From positions 92,789-156,788 of the forward strand of contig JBFWNS010000006.1 in NCBI GenBank assembly GCA_050250935.1: a stretch of 64,000 nucleotides of DNA, written 5' to 3'. Below are positions 56,460 through 64,000 of this stretch, one piece after another. The DNA comes from Candidatus Margulisiibacteriota bacterium (GTDB lineage: Bacteria > Margulisbacteria > Marinamargulisbacteria > JBFWNS01). Within the stretch, counting starts at the first letter, position 1; every line of letters starts with the position of its first letter. Under the pieces are notes generated by a model that did not search any database, had not been told where the DNA came from, and saw only the letters and a list, made by a program, of their open reading frames with translations. The position numbers were made by a program, and so were the translations under genes.

Positions 56460-57392
56460 TTAAACATAGTTTTTTGCAAGATCTATGGCGGTTTTTTGGA
56501 GTTGTTTGGCCAATCGAAGTGGGGATTCGACCACCACGTTGCTGCCAAAGCCCAGCAAGATCGACAAAATCCAGTCGCCGTCCGGAACGGTGGTTTGGAT
56601 GCGGCCAACCTCGCCGTCCCAGGTAATTTGCTCGAAACCCAACCAATCCCCAATGTTTACCCAAATGGCCTTGGTAAACCGCAGCCGAAGTGTGATTTGT
56701 TTTTCGGGAAAAAGACAGTTGGGCTTATAGGTTTCGTAGGTTTGGTTTTTTCGCGTAAACGGTTCTGGTGTTTGGCCGGTGTCGAACATGCGGGAGAGTC
56801 GAAACAAGCGATAGTCTTTTTTGGCGGTGCAAAAGGCAAACAAATACCAACTGTTGCCCTTTAATACCAAGGTCATGGGTTCCACAGTTCTGGCCGATTT
56901 TTCGTTTTTAAGATTCAGATAGTCGAAGCGAATGCGATAGCCGTCCTCGATGGCTTGGGCAACCACTTTGAGGGTGTCTTGGCCTTTTTTTCGGGCCAGC
57001 CATTCTTGGGGATCAATCACAATGTGTTGAAGCTTGGTTTGAATTTGGGACTGTTTGTCGGGGGTGATCAAGCTTTTGATTTTATCCAGGGTTTTCTGGA
57101 GTTTTTCAGACTCGTTTTTTTGTAGCAGGGCATCCAAGCCCGAGATTAAATGGGCAATGTCGTCGGCGGTTAAAAGCCGGCGGTCCAGCACATAGTCCGG
57201 ATCCAGTTCCCATCCCCCGTTTTGGCCTTGAAACGAGATCACGGGCATACCCGAAACAGACAGGGTTTGTATGTCCCGGTAAATGGTGCGGGACGACACC
57301 CCAAATTCTGTGGCCAACGCCTGGGTTGTCCATCGGCGTCGGGACAGCAGCTTAATGGCTATCGCCAAAAGACGGTCTAATCGAATTCCCAT
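56460..57392 (-). CDS. WYL-domain transcriptional regulator (HTH-WYL-WCX, YafY-like)
   Basis: N-terminal HTH MGIRLDRLLAIAIKLLSRRRWTTQALATEFGVSSRTIYRDIQTL, a central WYL region (...KGNSWYLFAFC...DYRLFRLSRM), and a C-terminal WCX. Confidence 0.75.
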   Translation of the reverse strand: MGIRLDRLLAIAIKLLSRRRWTTQALATEFGVSSRTIYRDIQTLSVSGMPVISFQGQNGGWELDPDYVLDRRLLTADDIAHLISGLDALLQKNESEKLQKTLDKIKSLITPDKQSQIQTKLQHIVIDPQEWLARKKGQDTLKVVAQAIEDGYRIRFDYLNLKNEKSARTVEPMTLVLKGNSWYLFAFCTAKKDYRLFRLSRMFDTGQTPEPFTRKNQTYETYKPNCLFPEKQITLRLRFTKAIWVNIGDWLGFEQITWDGEVGRIQTTVPDGDWILSILLGFGSNVVVESPLRLAKQLQKTAIDLAKNYV

Positions 57393-57494
57393 GGGGGTAT
57401 GGTAGCAAATAAAATAAAATCGGGGATCTAAAGCGAGCCTTGCCATGGATTTTGCAACCAGAACCAACCGGATTGTTCAAGAACCCACCATCGG

Positions 57495-57914
57495 GTGTAT
57501 TCTTGGGCCATGTCTTGCTACTGTGGTCATCCCGACCCCTATTTAGAGTGTTGCGGCCAATATGTGGTGTTTGGCCAAAAACCAGAAACGGCCGAAAAAC
57601 TCATGCGGTCTCGGTATTCGGCTTATGCCACCGGGGCGGTTCCCTATTTGATTCAAACCACCCACCCTGACTTTCGAAATTCCACTTTAGGGGTTTCGAT
57701 TTCCACATGGATAGCCCAAGTGAGTGCTTGGCGGGGACTAACCATTGTGTCGGTCCAAAAAGGCGGGCCAAAAGACGAGATCGGATGGGTGAACTTCCAA
57801 GCCACCTTTGTCCAAGATGGGCAAGAACAGCGTTTGCAAGAGCGGTCTCGGTTTAGCCGGTTTTTGGGGGAATGGGTTTATGAGGATCGGGAGGAGAAGT
57901 GGGCAAGTTCTTAA
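57495..57914 (+). CDS. YchJ family (UPF0225) protein with a SEC-C-like metal-binding motif
   Basis: CYCGHPDPYLECCGQY; an internal YSAYATGAVPYLIQTTHP motif; a second ...WVYEDREE region. Confidence 0.6.
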   Translation: MYSWAMSCYCGHPDPYLECCGQYVVFGQKPETAEKLMRSRYSAYATGAVPYLIQTTHPDFRNSTLGVSISTWIAQVSAWRGLTIVSVQKGGPKDEIGWVNFQATFVQDGQEQRLQERSRFSRFLGEWVYEDREEKWASS

Positions 57915-57949
57915 CGCTTGGATCGTTTTAACAACACTAAGGAGTTCAA

Positions 57950-58441
57950 ATGCAAAAAATCGTCACGTTTTTATGGTTTAACCATCAGGCCAAAGAGGCT
58001 GTGGAGTTGTATGTATCCCTGTTTGAAAATGCCAAAATAACCAACACCTCTTATTTTACAGACTCGGTAGCCAAAATGGCTGGAAAGAAGCCAGGCGAGC
58101 TTTCTACCATCGATTTTGAACTGAATGGCCAGGCGTTTACTGCCTTGAATGGTGGTCCCATGTTTCGCTTTAACGAGGCCATCTCTATCCAAGTCCACTG
58201 CAAAACCCAAGCCGAGATCGACCGGCTGTGGGAGGCCCTGTCCAAAGGCGGCGAAATCAGTGCTTGCGGCTGGCTGAAGGATGCCTATGGTCTCTCCTGG
58301 CAGATAGTTCCCGAAAGCCTAGACCCCATGCTCCGAGACCCCGACCCTGCCAAAGCAGACCGGGTGAGCGCTGCCATGTTGGGGATGGCGGGCAAATTGG
58401 ATTTGGGGGTGTTGGAGAGGGCTTATTGGGGGGAAGCCTAG
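57950..58441 (+). CDS. PhnB-like VOC-superfamily protein (3-demethylubiquinone-9 3-methyltransferase domain)
   Basis: MQKIVTFLWFNHQAKEAVELYVSLFENAKI...IDFELNGQAFTALNGGP...CGWLKDAYGLSWQIVP. Confidence 0.65.
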   Translation: MQKIVTFLWFNHQAKEAVELYVSLFENAKITNTSYFTDSVAKMAGKKPGELSTIDFELNGQAFTALNGGPMFRFNEAISIQVHCKTQAEIDRLWEALSKGGEISACGWLKDAYGLSWQIVPESLDPMLRDPDPAKADRVSAAMLGMAGKLDLGVLERAYWGEA

Positions 58442-59217
58442 TCCGCAGGTTTTTCTGCTTGAATCCGAAGGCGTTTATAATCGGCGTACCAGGCCCCATT
58501 TTGGTACAATGCTGGTCGGGTTTTGGTCTCAATAAAGCGGATCATTTCATTCCGAATGTTGGCTGGAATGCCTTCAAAAAAGGGTGATGCAAACATATTC
58601 AGCCAATGTCGAAGCCCCAAATCGCCGTCATCTAATACGGTTGGGCGATCAAAATAGGCAACCTTTCTGACCGTAAAGTGAGCTTGTTCCAGCAGGCTGG
58701 TGTAGTCTGCAACGGTTGGGAAATACCAGGGATTTTTTTCTTGATTCTCTTTATAGCCAAACTGTTCCAAAGCCTGATTGATTCCATTTACAATTTGTCC
58801 AATATTACGATGTCCTCCAAACTCTATAACCAACCGTCCACCGGGTTTTAATGCTCGAAACATGGAATCGGCTGCTGCCCGGGCCTCTTTGACCCAATGC
58901 AAAGCAGCATTCGAGAAAATGGCATCAAATTCATCTTGATAACCCAGTTCCCGTACGTCTCTGATTTGAAAGTTGAGCTCTGGAAATTTTTGTTGTGCTG
59001 CAGCAATCATGAAATCGGACTGATCAATTCCCAGAACCCGAGCGCCTAGGTCTGCTATTTCTTTGGTCAAATCCCCAGTCCCGCATCCGACATCACAAAT
59101 CTTTTCATTTTTGACAGGGTTCAATTCCTGTACCAACGATTTGCCATAGGCGGTATTAAAGCCGTGATGTTGGTCATAAAGCTGGGCATCCCAGTGGTTT
59201 GTTGGGTGGGTGGTCAT
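58438..59217 (-). CDS. Class I SAM-dependent methyltransferase, trans-aconitate 2-methyltransferase (Tam)-like
   Basis: WDAQLYDQHHGF, motif I VCDVGCGTGDLT, ...IFSNAALHWV. Confidence 0.7.
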   Translation of the reverse strand: MTTHPTNHWDAQLYDQHHGFNTAYGKSLVQELNPVKNEKICDVGCGTGDLTKEIADLGARVLGIDQSDFMIAAAQQKFPELNFQIRDVRELGYQDEFDAIFSNAALHWVKEARAAADSMFRALKPGGRLVIEFGGHRNIGQIVNGINQALEQFGYKENQEKNPWYFPTVADYTSLLEQAHFTVRKVAYFDRPTVLDDGDLGLRHWLNMFASPFFEGIPANIRNEMIRFIETKTRPALYQNGAWYADYKRLRIQAEKPAD

Positions 59218-59260
59218 GGTTTTTAATCCTCAACGAGATAGTCTCTATTGCAGACAGATT

Positions 59261-59539
59261 TTAAGCAGCTTTTGCAATTTCCAATGCTTCGTACTCTGGA
59301 AATACAATAATAGCCGGATGAACATTAAAGGCTTTTGCCAAAAGCTCGGCTCTTTTTTTACCAATATCCACTTTATTGTGCTCTAAAAGACTAATATTGC
59401 TAGAACTAATACCACATCGCAAGGCCAACTCTTCTTGCGTCCATCCCATCAATTCCCTCAACATACGAATAACTTCTCCTGTCGTAAGCGTCGCGTGCGA
59501 TTGTGCATTCATAAATTCGTTTTCTTTTAAGTATTTCAT
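59261..59539 (-). CDS. XRE-family HTH antitoxin (HigA-like)
   Basis: GEVIRMLRELMGWTQEELALRCGISSSNISLLEHNK is a Cro/C1 HTH. It lies immediately downstream of a RelE/ParE-family toxin gene. Low GC. Confidence 0.6.
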   Translation of the reverse strand: MKYLKENEFMNAQSHATLTTGEVIRMLRELMGWTQEELALRCGISSSNISLLEHNKVDIGKKRAELLAKAFNVHPAIIVFPEYEALEIAKAA

Positions 59540-59557
59540 TAGCGACTCCTTCTCTTT

Positions 59558-59830
59558 TTAATAGTTATGGGGTGTAATTTCCAAAACATAAATTGTAATG
59601 ATGTCTTGATTGATTGAATAAATCACTCGATATTGAAGATTAAGTCGAGATGATCTTTGTCCTCTTCTATCCCCAACGAGCTTTTCATCATGAAATCCAG
59701 GAAATTGTTTTAATTTTTCAGGGCCGTGCCTAAATACAATGTCTTTCCAAAGCTCATATTTTTTCAATACAGCAATTGGGATTTTTTTACAAATCTTCTC
59801 GAGGTTCCTATGTTCTTTGATATGCCACAT
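59558..59830 (-). CDS. RelE/ParE-superfamily toxin (HigB-like; toxin-first gene order)
   Basis: ...GDRRGQRSSRLNLQYRVIYSINQDIITIYVLEITPHNY has the RelE/ParE C-terminal pattern. 90 aa. Preceded by an operator-like IR. Confidence 0.55.
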   Translation of the reverse strand: MWHIKEHRNLEKICKKIPIAVLKKYELWKDIVFRHGPEKLKQFPGFHDEKLVGDRRGQRSSRLNLQYRVIYSINQDIITIYVLEITPHNY

Positions 59831-59835
59831 ATATT

Positions 59836-59855
59836 AAAAATAATAACTTATTAAA
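59836..59855. promoter_or_regulatory. Inverted repeat ACTTATT-N6-AATAAGT upstream of the toxin gene (candidate operator)
   Basis: Read directly. Located 6-25 bp upstream of the higB-like start in an AT-rich region. Confidence 0.35.
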
Positions 59856-59963
59856 TATAATAAGTACACAAGAGAAACCCAGGAAGATATTCTAGGAATG
59901 TTGAGCAGTATGGCTTCCTAGTTTAAGAGGCTATAGAACAGGCATTATTCTTTCGCTATTCTT

Positions 59964-60608
59964 TCAATTTTCTTTCATCTTTTTTGACCAGCAAAAGGAT
60001 ATACTGCCCCCAATTAATGCCCACATCATATCCTTTTGGGTATCCCATACATCTCCTTGAGCTCCCAAAAAATCGTCAGCTTTAGTACCGGTCCATAGTG
60101 CAACTTGCCATTCAAAAAGCTCATAAGCTGCACTCAAGGCGAGTGCCATACATAGGGATAAAAAAATCACCCATGTTCTTTGTTTAACGCCTACTTTACG
60201 GACCAAGATATCTTGAGCCAATAAGGCCGGAACAAAACCTTGAAAAAAATGTCCAACCTTGTCGTAATTATTGCGGGTCCATCCCATTATCGGCTTTAAT
60301 TGATCAAACAAGGGAACGCGAGCGTAGGTATAATGTCCGCCAATCATAAGAACGCAAGCATGTATTAGCAGTACCCAATACAAATAGCGAGGCAGAGGAT
60401 AAGATTTGTATGTCCAAAATAAAAGAGGTAATCCGATAAAGGTAGGCAGGACTTCCAAAAACCATGTGAAGTGATCGTAAGCACCTATGTAAGACCAGAT
60501 TAGTGTGAAGACATATCCCAATAGTAATAACGTGGCTTCTCGTTTTGACATAGCAGGAGTATAGCTCAGCTTAACACTCATGTCTTTGACCCTAGTTAAC
60601 GACTCCAC
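59964..60608 (-). CDS. YjdF-family (DUF2238) inner-membrane protein
   Basis: Multi-TM with the ...GGHYTYARVPLFD...NYDKVGHFFQGFVPA... pattern of the YjdF family. The start is uncertain (several in-frame Met). Confidence 0.5.
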   Translation of the reverse strand: MESLTRVKDMSVKLSYTPAMSKREATLLLLGYVFTLIWSYIGAYDHFTWFLEVLPTFIGLPLLFWTYKSYPLPRYLYWVLLIHACVLMIGGHYTYARVPLFDQLKPIMGWTRNNYDKVGHFFQGFVPALLAQDILVRKVGVKQRTWVIFLSLCMALALSAAYELFEWQVALWTGTKADDFLGAQGDVWDTQKDMMWALIGGSISFCWSKKMKEN

Positions 60609-60616
60609 CCCATTAA

Positions 60617-60650
60617 CCCCCTCACCACAACGCAGTGAGGGGATTTTTTG
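60617..60650 (+). terminator. Rho-independent terminator-like hairpin (CCCCTCAC-N10-GTGAGGGG + ATTTTTTG), plus-strand oriented, between two minus-strand genes
   Basis: An 8-bp GC-rich stem followed by a T6 run on the plus strand. A second small hairpin GGGCTTCGGAGCCC lies at 60654-60667. Confidence 0.4.
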
Positions 60651-60666
60651 CTCGGGCTTCGGAGCC

Positions 60667-63600
60667 CTATAGTTTCCAATCGATCGTCAAGCGGATGGGG
60701 ACGTTTTTCAGATCGGGGGTGCCTAGGGAATAGGCTTCGAGTCGGGCACTGAGATTTTGGGAAATGGCATAGATGGTACCTACCCGTAGCAGTAGGGTGC
60801 TGTCTGAAGTGGACGAATCTGAAAATGTCTGTGCTGTGTTCGCAAGTTTATAGGAAGCGGATTGTCCAGAGAGTAGCGAATGTCCACTGACGCCGACTTC
60901 AGCAAAGGTACGGAGGTTGTCCGTATCAAAAACAAGGCCAGCACTGGTGTTCCAGATTCCAGAAACCATCGTGCGGGAATCCCAACGGAACTGGTCGCCT
61001 TCGGAATAAGCGTCTTGGTATTCGTAAACGGTGGAGACGTCGCCTGCAAGGCGTAAACTCAACCCATTTCCAAGCGCGATGGGACGTTTCAAAGATACGC
61101 CCAGCAAGGCTTCCGAGCTTTGGGTGTTCCCATGAATGGTTTGGCTTCCTGATTCTGAACCAAAATTGGTCAAAATGGTTCTAGAGGTATCCAGCCATCT
61201 TTTTCCAACGCCAATGCGCCATGACATATCGAGATCCCATAGTTTGGCAGGCCTTGATTGATAGCCAAGACGTAGACCCTTATCGGTTATCTTTTGAGCG
61301 TCATCGTTTTCAATGGCGAGTTGTGATTGCTGAACATCCAGCCAGAAAGAACCGGAAGGATCTAGTGTGAAGCCGGTGTTGATCCCTTGCGCTGCGAGGC
61401 TATATCTCGCAGTTGATTGTGCATTACGGATGCTGTTTTCTAGATAGGGGCTTACCCAAAAAGAAGTGGGGTTTTCAGGTAAGACACGCAGCAGGCTGTT
61501 GGTCCGCGCTGCGATCCAATCGTTGGCGATATCCAGTGCATCTGCGTTGGCCGCGAGTATCAGATTATTGTTTTGAGCAAACGCGCGGGTAGGGCTAGCG
61601 TTGTCGGTTACCGTCCATGTTCCTTGGGTTGCGAAGATATAAGAGCGTTTGCCAAGGTCAATCGTGAGGTCTGCGGTGTCATGGGTAAACAGGGTTCCGG
61701 TAATCAAGGTCCCACTTTTTAAGGCCAGTTTATTGGTAGAGCCCGATGCAAAATAGACCGCGTAGGCTTGGGATGCATCAGAAGCTTTGGCAGAAACGCG
61801 ACCGTTAATCGTTACAGAATTGGTTTCTCCAGAAACATAAAGGGCTGTTGCGGTACCGTTAGTAGCCGTAGCCCGTACATCCCCATTCACGTCGATGGTG
61901 ATCTGATTCTGGTCACCACTTTGATGGATCGCAAAGGCATTGCCATTGCTGGAATCGGTATAGACTTTACCAGAGACAGAGACGAGGTTATCCTGCCCCC
62001 CTTCTTGCTTGATGCCATAGCCAAGGGTTGTGCTGCCAGATGCGGAAACCATCATCTGACCGGTAACCGTGACGGTATTGCTTCCCCCACTGCCACTGGT
62101 TCCGCTAGAACCTGCTACGCCATCGGCACCCGCCACACCCGCAGAGCCGGTCAAACCACTGGCACCATCCACACCGGCCGCGCCATTAGCGCCAGCAACA
62201 CCATTGTCGCCAGCACCTGAATTGTCAGACAAACCGTCTGTACCCGAGAATCCATTCGTGCCGGAGGTGCCATTTTCAGTGTCTCCGATACCGCCAACTC
62301 CACCCATACCTTCGCTCCCACCCGTTCCGCCAGTGCTGCCAATACCGCCAGCACCGCCATTCCCGCCGTCACCGCCATTGCCGCCAAAATCGCCATCGCC
62401 GCCAGCGCCTCCAAAACCACCATTACCGCCAGCGCCTCCAAAACCACCACTACCGCCAGCACCAGCAGCGCCACCTGTTCCGCCAACGCCGCCAGATCCG
62501 CCAAGGCCGCCAATACCGCCAGCGCCGCTAACACCGCCAGAACCAGCTGCGCCGCCAACACCGGCCGCACCGCCCGTGACAACTTGTTTTATTCCATAGG
62601 CTGTTGCTTCCCCGGAAGTCGAGGTTGCTGAAGCAGAGATATGCCCAGAAAGCGTGACAACGTTGTTTCCACTGCCCCCTGTGCCACCATTACCGCCCAC
62701 ACCGCCAGTGCCGCCAATCCCTCCAGTACCACCAACCCCGCCTGCGCCGCCAGCACCGCCATCGCCGCCAGCACCACCGGCACCGCCAGCGCCACCAACA
62801 CCAGCAGCACCGCCAGCACCGCCATTGCCACCATCACCACCATTGCCGCCATTGGTGCCTGCAAATCCAGCGCCGCCAGCGCCGCCAGAACCGCCAGCGC
62901 CGCCGTTCCCGCCATTGCCGCCGTCGCCGCCAGCACCCCCCGTACTGCCAGCGCCACCATCGCCGCCAACGCCGCCGGCACCGCCAGCACCACCGGCGCC
63001 GCCAGCACCACCAGCACCGCCCGAGCCGCCAGCACCGCCGGTAGCCGATTGTTGTATCCCATAAGCAATAGCCGTATTGGCGCTGGTAGCCGTGGCTGTC
63101 ACCGTGTGAGAGAGGGTAAGGATGTTACTCCCCGTGCCGCCGCTGGCACCGTTTGTCCCATTTTGGCCATTGGCCCCAGTACCGCCAGTACCGCCACTGG
63201 CCCCGCTTCCGCCAAAAGCCCCACTTTCGCCACTATCCCCAGTTCCTCCAACGCCGCCATTGGTTCCGTCTCCTCCCGCTGTGCCATCACCTCCATCATT
63301 GCCATCGGGTGACACACCGGTTCCGTCTTGCCCAGGCATGCCTGCAGCGCCAGCAGTGCCATGGTCCCCAGCGACGCCACTAGACCCATTGGCCCCAGCC
63401 GTAGTCGCATCTGCCCCAGCGACGCCACTGGTTCCATTGGCCCCAGCCGTTCCCGTAGCTCCAGTTGTTCCAGTAGCCCCAGCTGTTCCGCTTTCACCAA
63501 CAGCAGTTTGTCCTATTCCGATGGCCGTTTCAGCGGTGCTGGACTGGTCTTCAGTGGAAATATACGTGTTGGATGTTGGGGTATCCGTTCCATAGATTGT

Positions 63601-63735
63601 AACCGGTGTTAATAACAAGAGGATCAAACACAGTTTGATATAAACAAATTTATCAAAATAGTTAATCGAGACAGTGGCTTCTGTACCCTTTGGTTGGGCA
63701 CTAGCCATCCTAGATTTGGTTGATTTTGTAGACAT
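60667..63735 (-). CDS. Giant (1022 aa) glycine-rich autotransporter-like surface protein: signal peptide, three Gly-Gly-X repeat modules, C-terminal beta-barrel
   Basis: N-terminus has a TM/signal (FVYIKLCLILLLLTPVTIYG). Residues ~60-520 are (GGX)n tracts such as GGAGGSGGAGGAGG..., each followed by a conserved ~25-aa segment (..TLSGHISASATSTSGEATAYGIKQ / ..LSHTVTATATSANTAIAYGIQQ / ..VTGQMMVSASGSTTLGYGIKQ). The C-terminal ~280 aa have alternating aromatic beta-strands ending ...RLTIDWKL. Confidence 0.65.
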   Translation of the reverse strand: MSTKSTKSRMASAQPKGTEATVSINYFDKFVYIKLCLILLLLTPVTIYGTDTPTSNTYISTEDQSSTAETAIGIGQTAVGESGTAGATGTTGATGTAGANGTSGVAGADATTAGANGSSGVAGDHGTAGAAGMPGQDGTGVSPDGNDGGDGTAGGDGTNGGVGGTGDSGESGAFGGSGASGGTGGTGANGQNGTNGASGGTGSNILTLSHTVTATATSANTAIAYGIQQSATGGAGGSGGAGGAGGAGGAGGAGGVGGDGGAGSTGGAGGDGGNGGNGGAGGSGGAGGAGFAGTNGGNGGDGGNGGAGGAAGVGGAGGAGGAGGDGGAGGAGGVGGTGGIGGTGGVGGNGGTGGSGNNVVTLSGHISASATSTSGEATAYGIKQVVTGGAAGVGGAAGSGGVSGAGGIGGLGGSGGVGGTGGAAGAGGSGGFGGAGGNGGFGGAGGDGDFGGNGGDGGNGGAGGIGSTGGTGGSEGMGGVGGIGDTENGTSGTNGFSGTDGLSDNSGAGDNGVAGANGAAGVDGASGLTGSAGVAGADGVAGSSGTSGSGGSNTVTVTGQMMVSASGSTTLGYGIKQEGGQDNLVSVSGKVYTDSSNGNAFAIHQSGDQNQITIDVNGDVRATATNGTATALYVSGETNSVTINGRVSAKASDASQAYAVYFASGSTNKLALKSGTLITGTLFTHDTADLTIDLGKRSYIFATQGTWTVTDNASPTRAFAQNNNLILAANADALDIANDWIAARTNSLLRVLPENPTSFWVSPYLENSIRNAQSTARYSLAAQGINTGFTLDPSGSFWLDVQQSQLAIENDDAQKITDKGLRLGYQSRPAKLWDLDMSWRIGVGKRWLDTSRTILTNFGSESGSQTIHGNTQSSEALLGVSLKRPIALGNGLSLRLAGDVSTVYEYQDAYSEGDQFRWDSRTMVSGIWNTSAGLVFDTDNLRTFAEVGVSGHSLLSGQSASYKLANTAQTFSDSSTSDSTLLLRVGTIYAISQNLSARLEAYSLGTPDLKNVPIRLTIDWKL

Positions 63736-63873
63736 AAGTCTCCCCCGTTTTTATAAATTTGGTTATATTTTCTTGAATGAAAAGCTCAGCGAGTTAATGC
63801 CCTATAAAAAAATTTGTTAAACGTATTTTTCAGGGATTCTAATTTAACGATTCTAGAGCCCTAAGAATGCTTT

Positions 63874-64000
63874 TGTAAAGAGCCCAATCTATGTACCAGT
63901 TAAAAATAGAGAACTAAAAAGTGTTTAACAAAGCCCTTGGGGGGATCCCCCCAAGGGCTTTGTGCGGTCGAAAATGGTTGTAGTCATACATCCATTCGGA
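63874..64000 (-). mobile_element. Second, diverged copy of the same IS3-family element (left end plus 3' end of orfB), continuing beyond the window
   Basis: 63874-64000 aligns to 49531-49657 with ~5 mismatches in 127 bp. Same orientation as copy 1. The orfB C-terminus would end at ~63914. Confidence 0.8.

Noticed and set aside
62090-63500. CRISPR-like or tandem DNA repeats
   Set aside because: The repeats are short GCC/GGC codon iterations lying entirely inside a coding sequence that encodes Gly-Gly-X. There is no repeat-spacer periodicity.
61768-63612. Several long plus-strand and alternative-frame ORFs (Pro-, Ala- or Thr-rich 130-220 aa) overlapping the autotransporter gene
   Set aside because: They are frame artefacts of the GCC/GGC-rich repetitive coding DNA. 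The minus-strand Gly frame is the only one spanning the full repeat plus the signal peptide and beta-barrel.

Overview
This 64 kb window is read as a Gram-negative-type bacterial chromosome (outer-membrane beta-barrel and autotransporter signatures, metR-metE, roughly 50% GC). The first ~20 kb is a conserved housekeeping core: ftsH (5' part), hisB, ruvB, an rpsF-ssb-ssb2-rpsR-rplI operon, uvrC, an M23 peptidase, a two-gene KaiC-like ATPase operon with a receiver-domain fusion, aspartate aminotransferase, cysteine desulfurase, murD-ftsW-murG-thiE, apgM and hisD. The remaining ~44 kb is more accessory and patchy. It carries many DUF proteins, several transporters (a ClC channel, two MFS, an ABC-2 exporter), metR-metE, and an 857-aa orphan protein with a degenerate GlnD/GlnE-like 'GGYGRGE' motif behind an AT-rich promoter. 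It also carries an IS3-family element inserted into a hipBA-like toxin-antitoxin locus. Two diverged direct copies of that IS bracket a ~13 kb segment that holds a frameshifted VOC gene, a WYL regulator, a low-GC HigBA-like module and a 1022-aa glycine-rich (PE-PGRS-like GGX repeat) autotransporter built from three repeated modules. No rRNA, tRNA or CRISPR array was recognised. All family assignments come from motifs read by eye in the six-frame translations and need HMM/BLAST confirmation.
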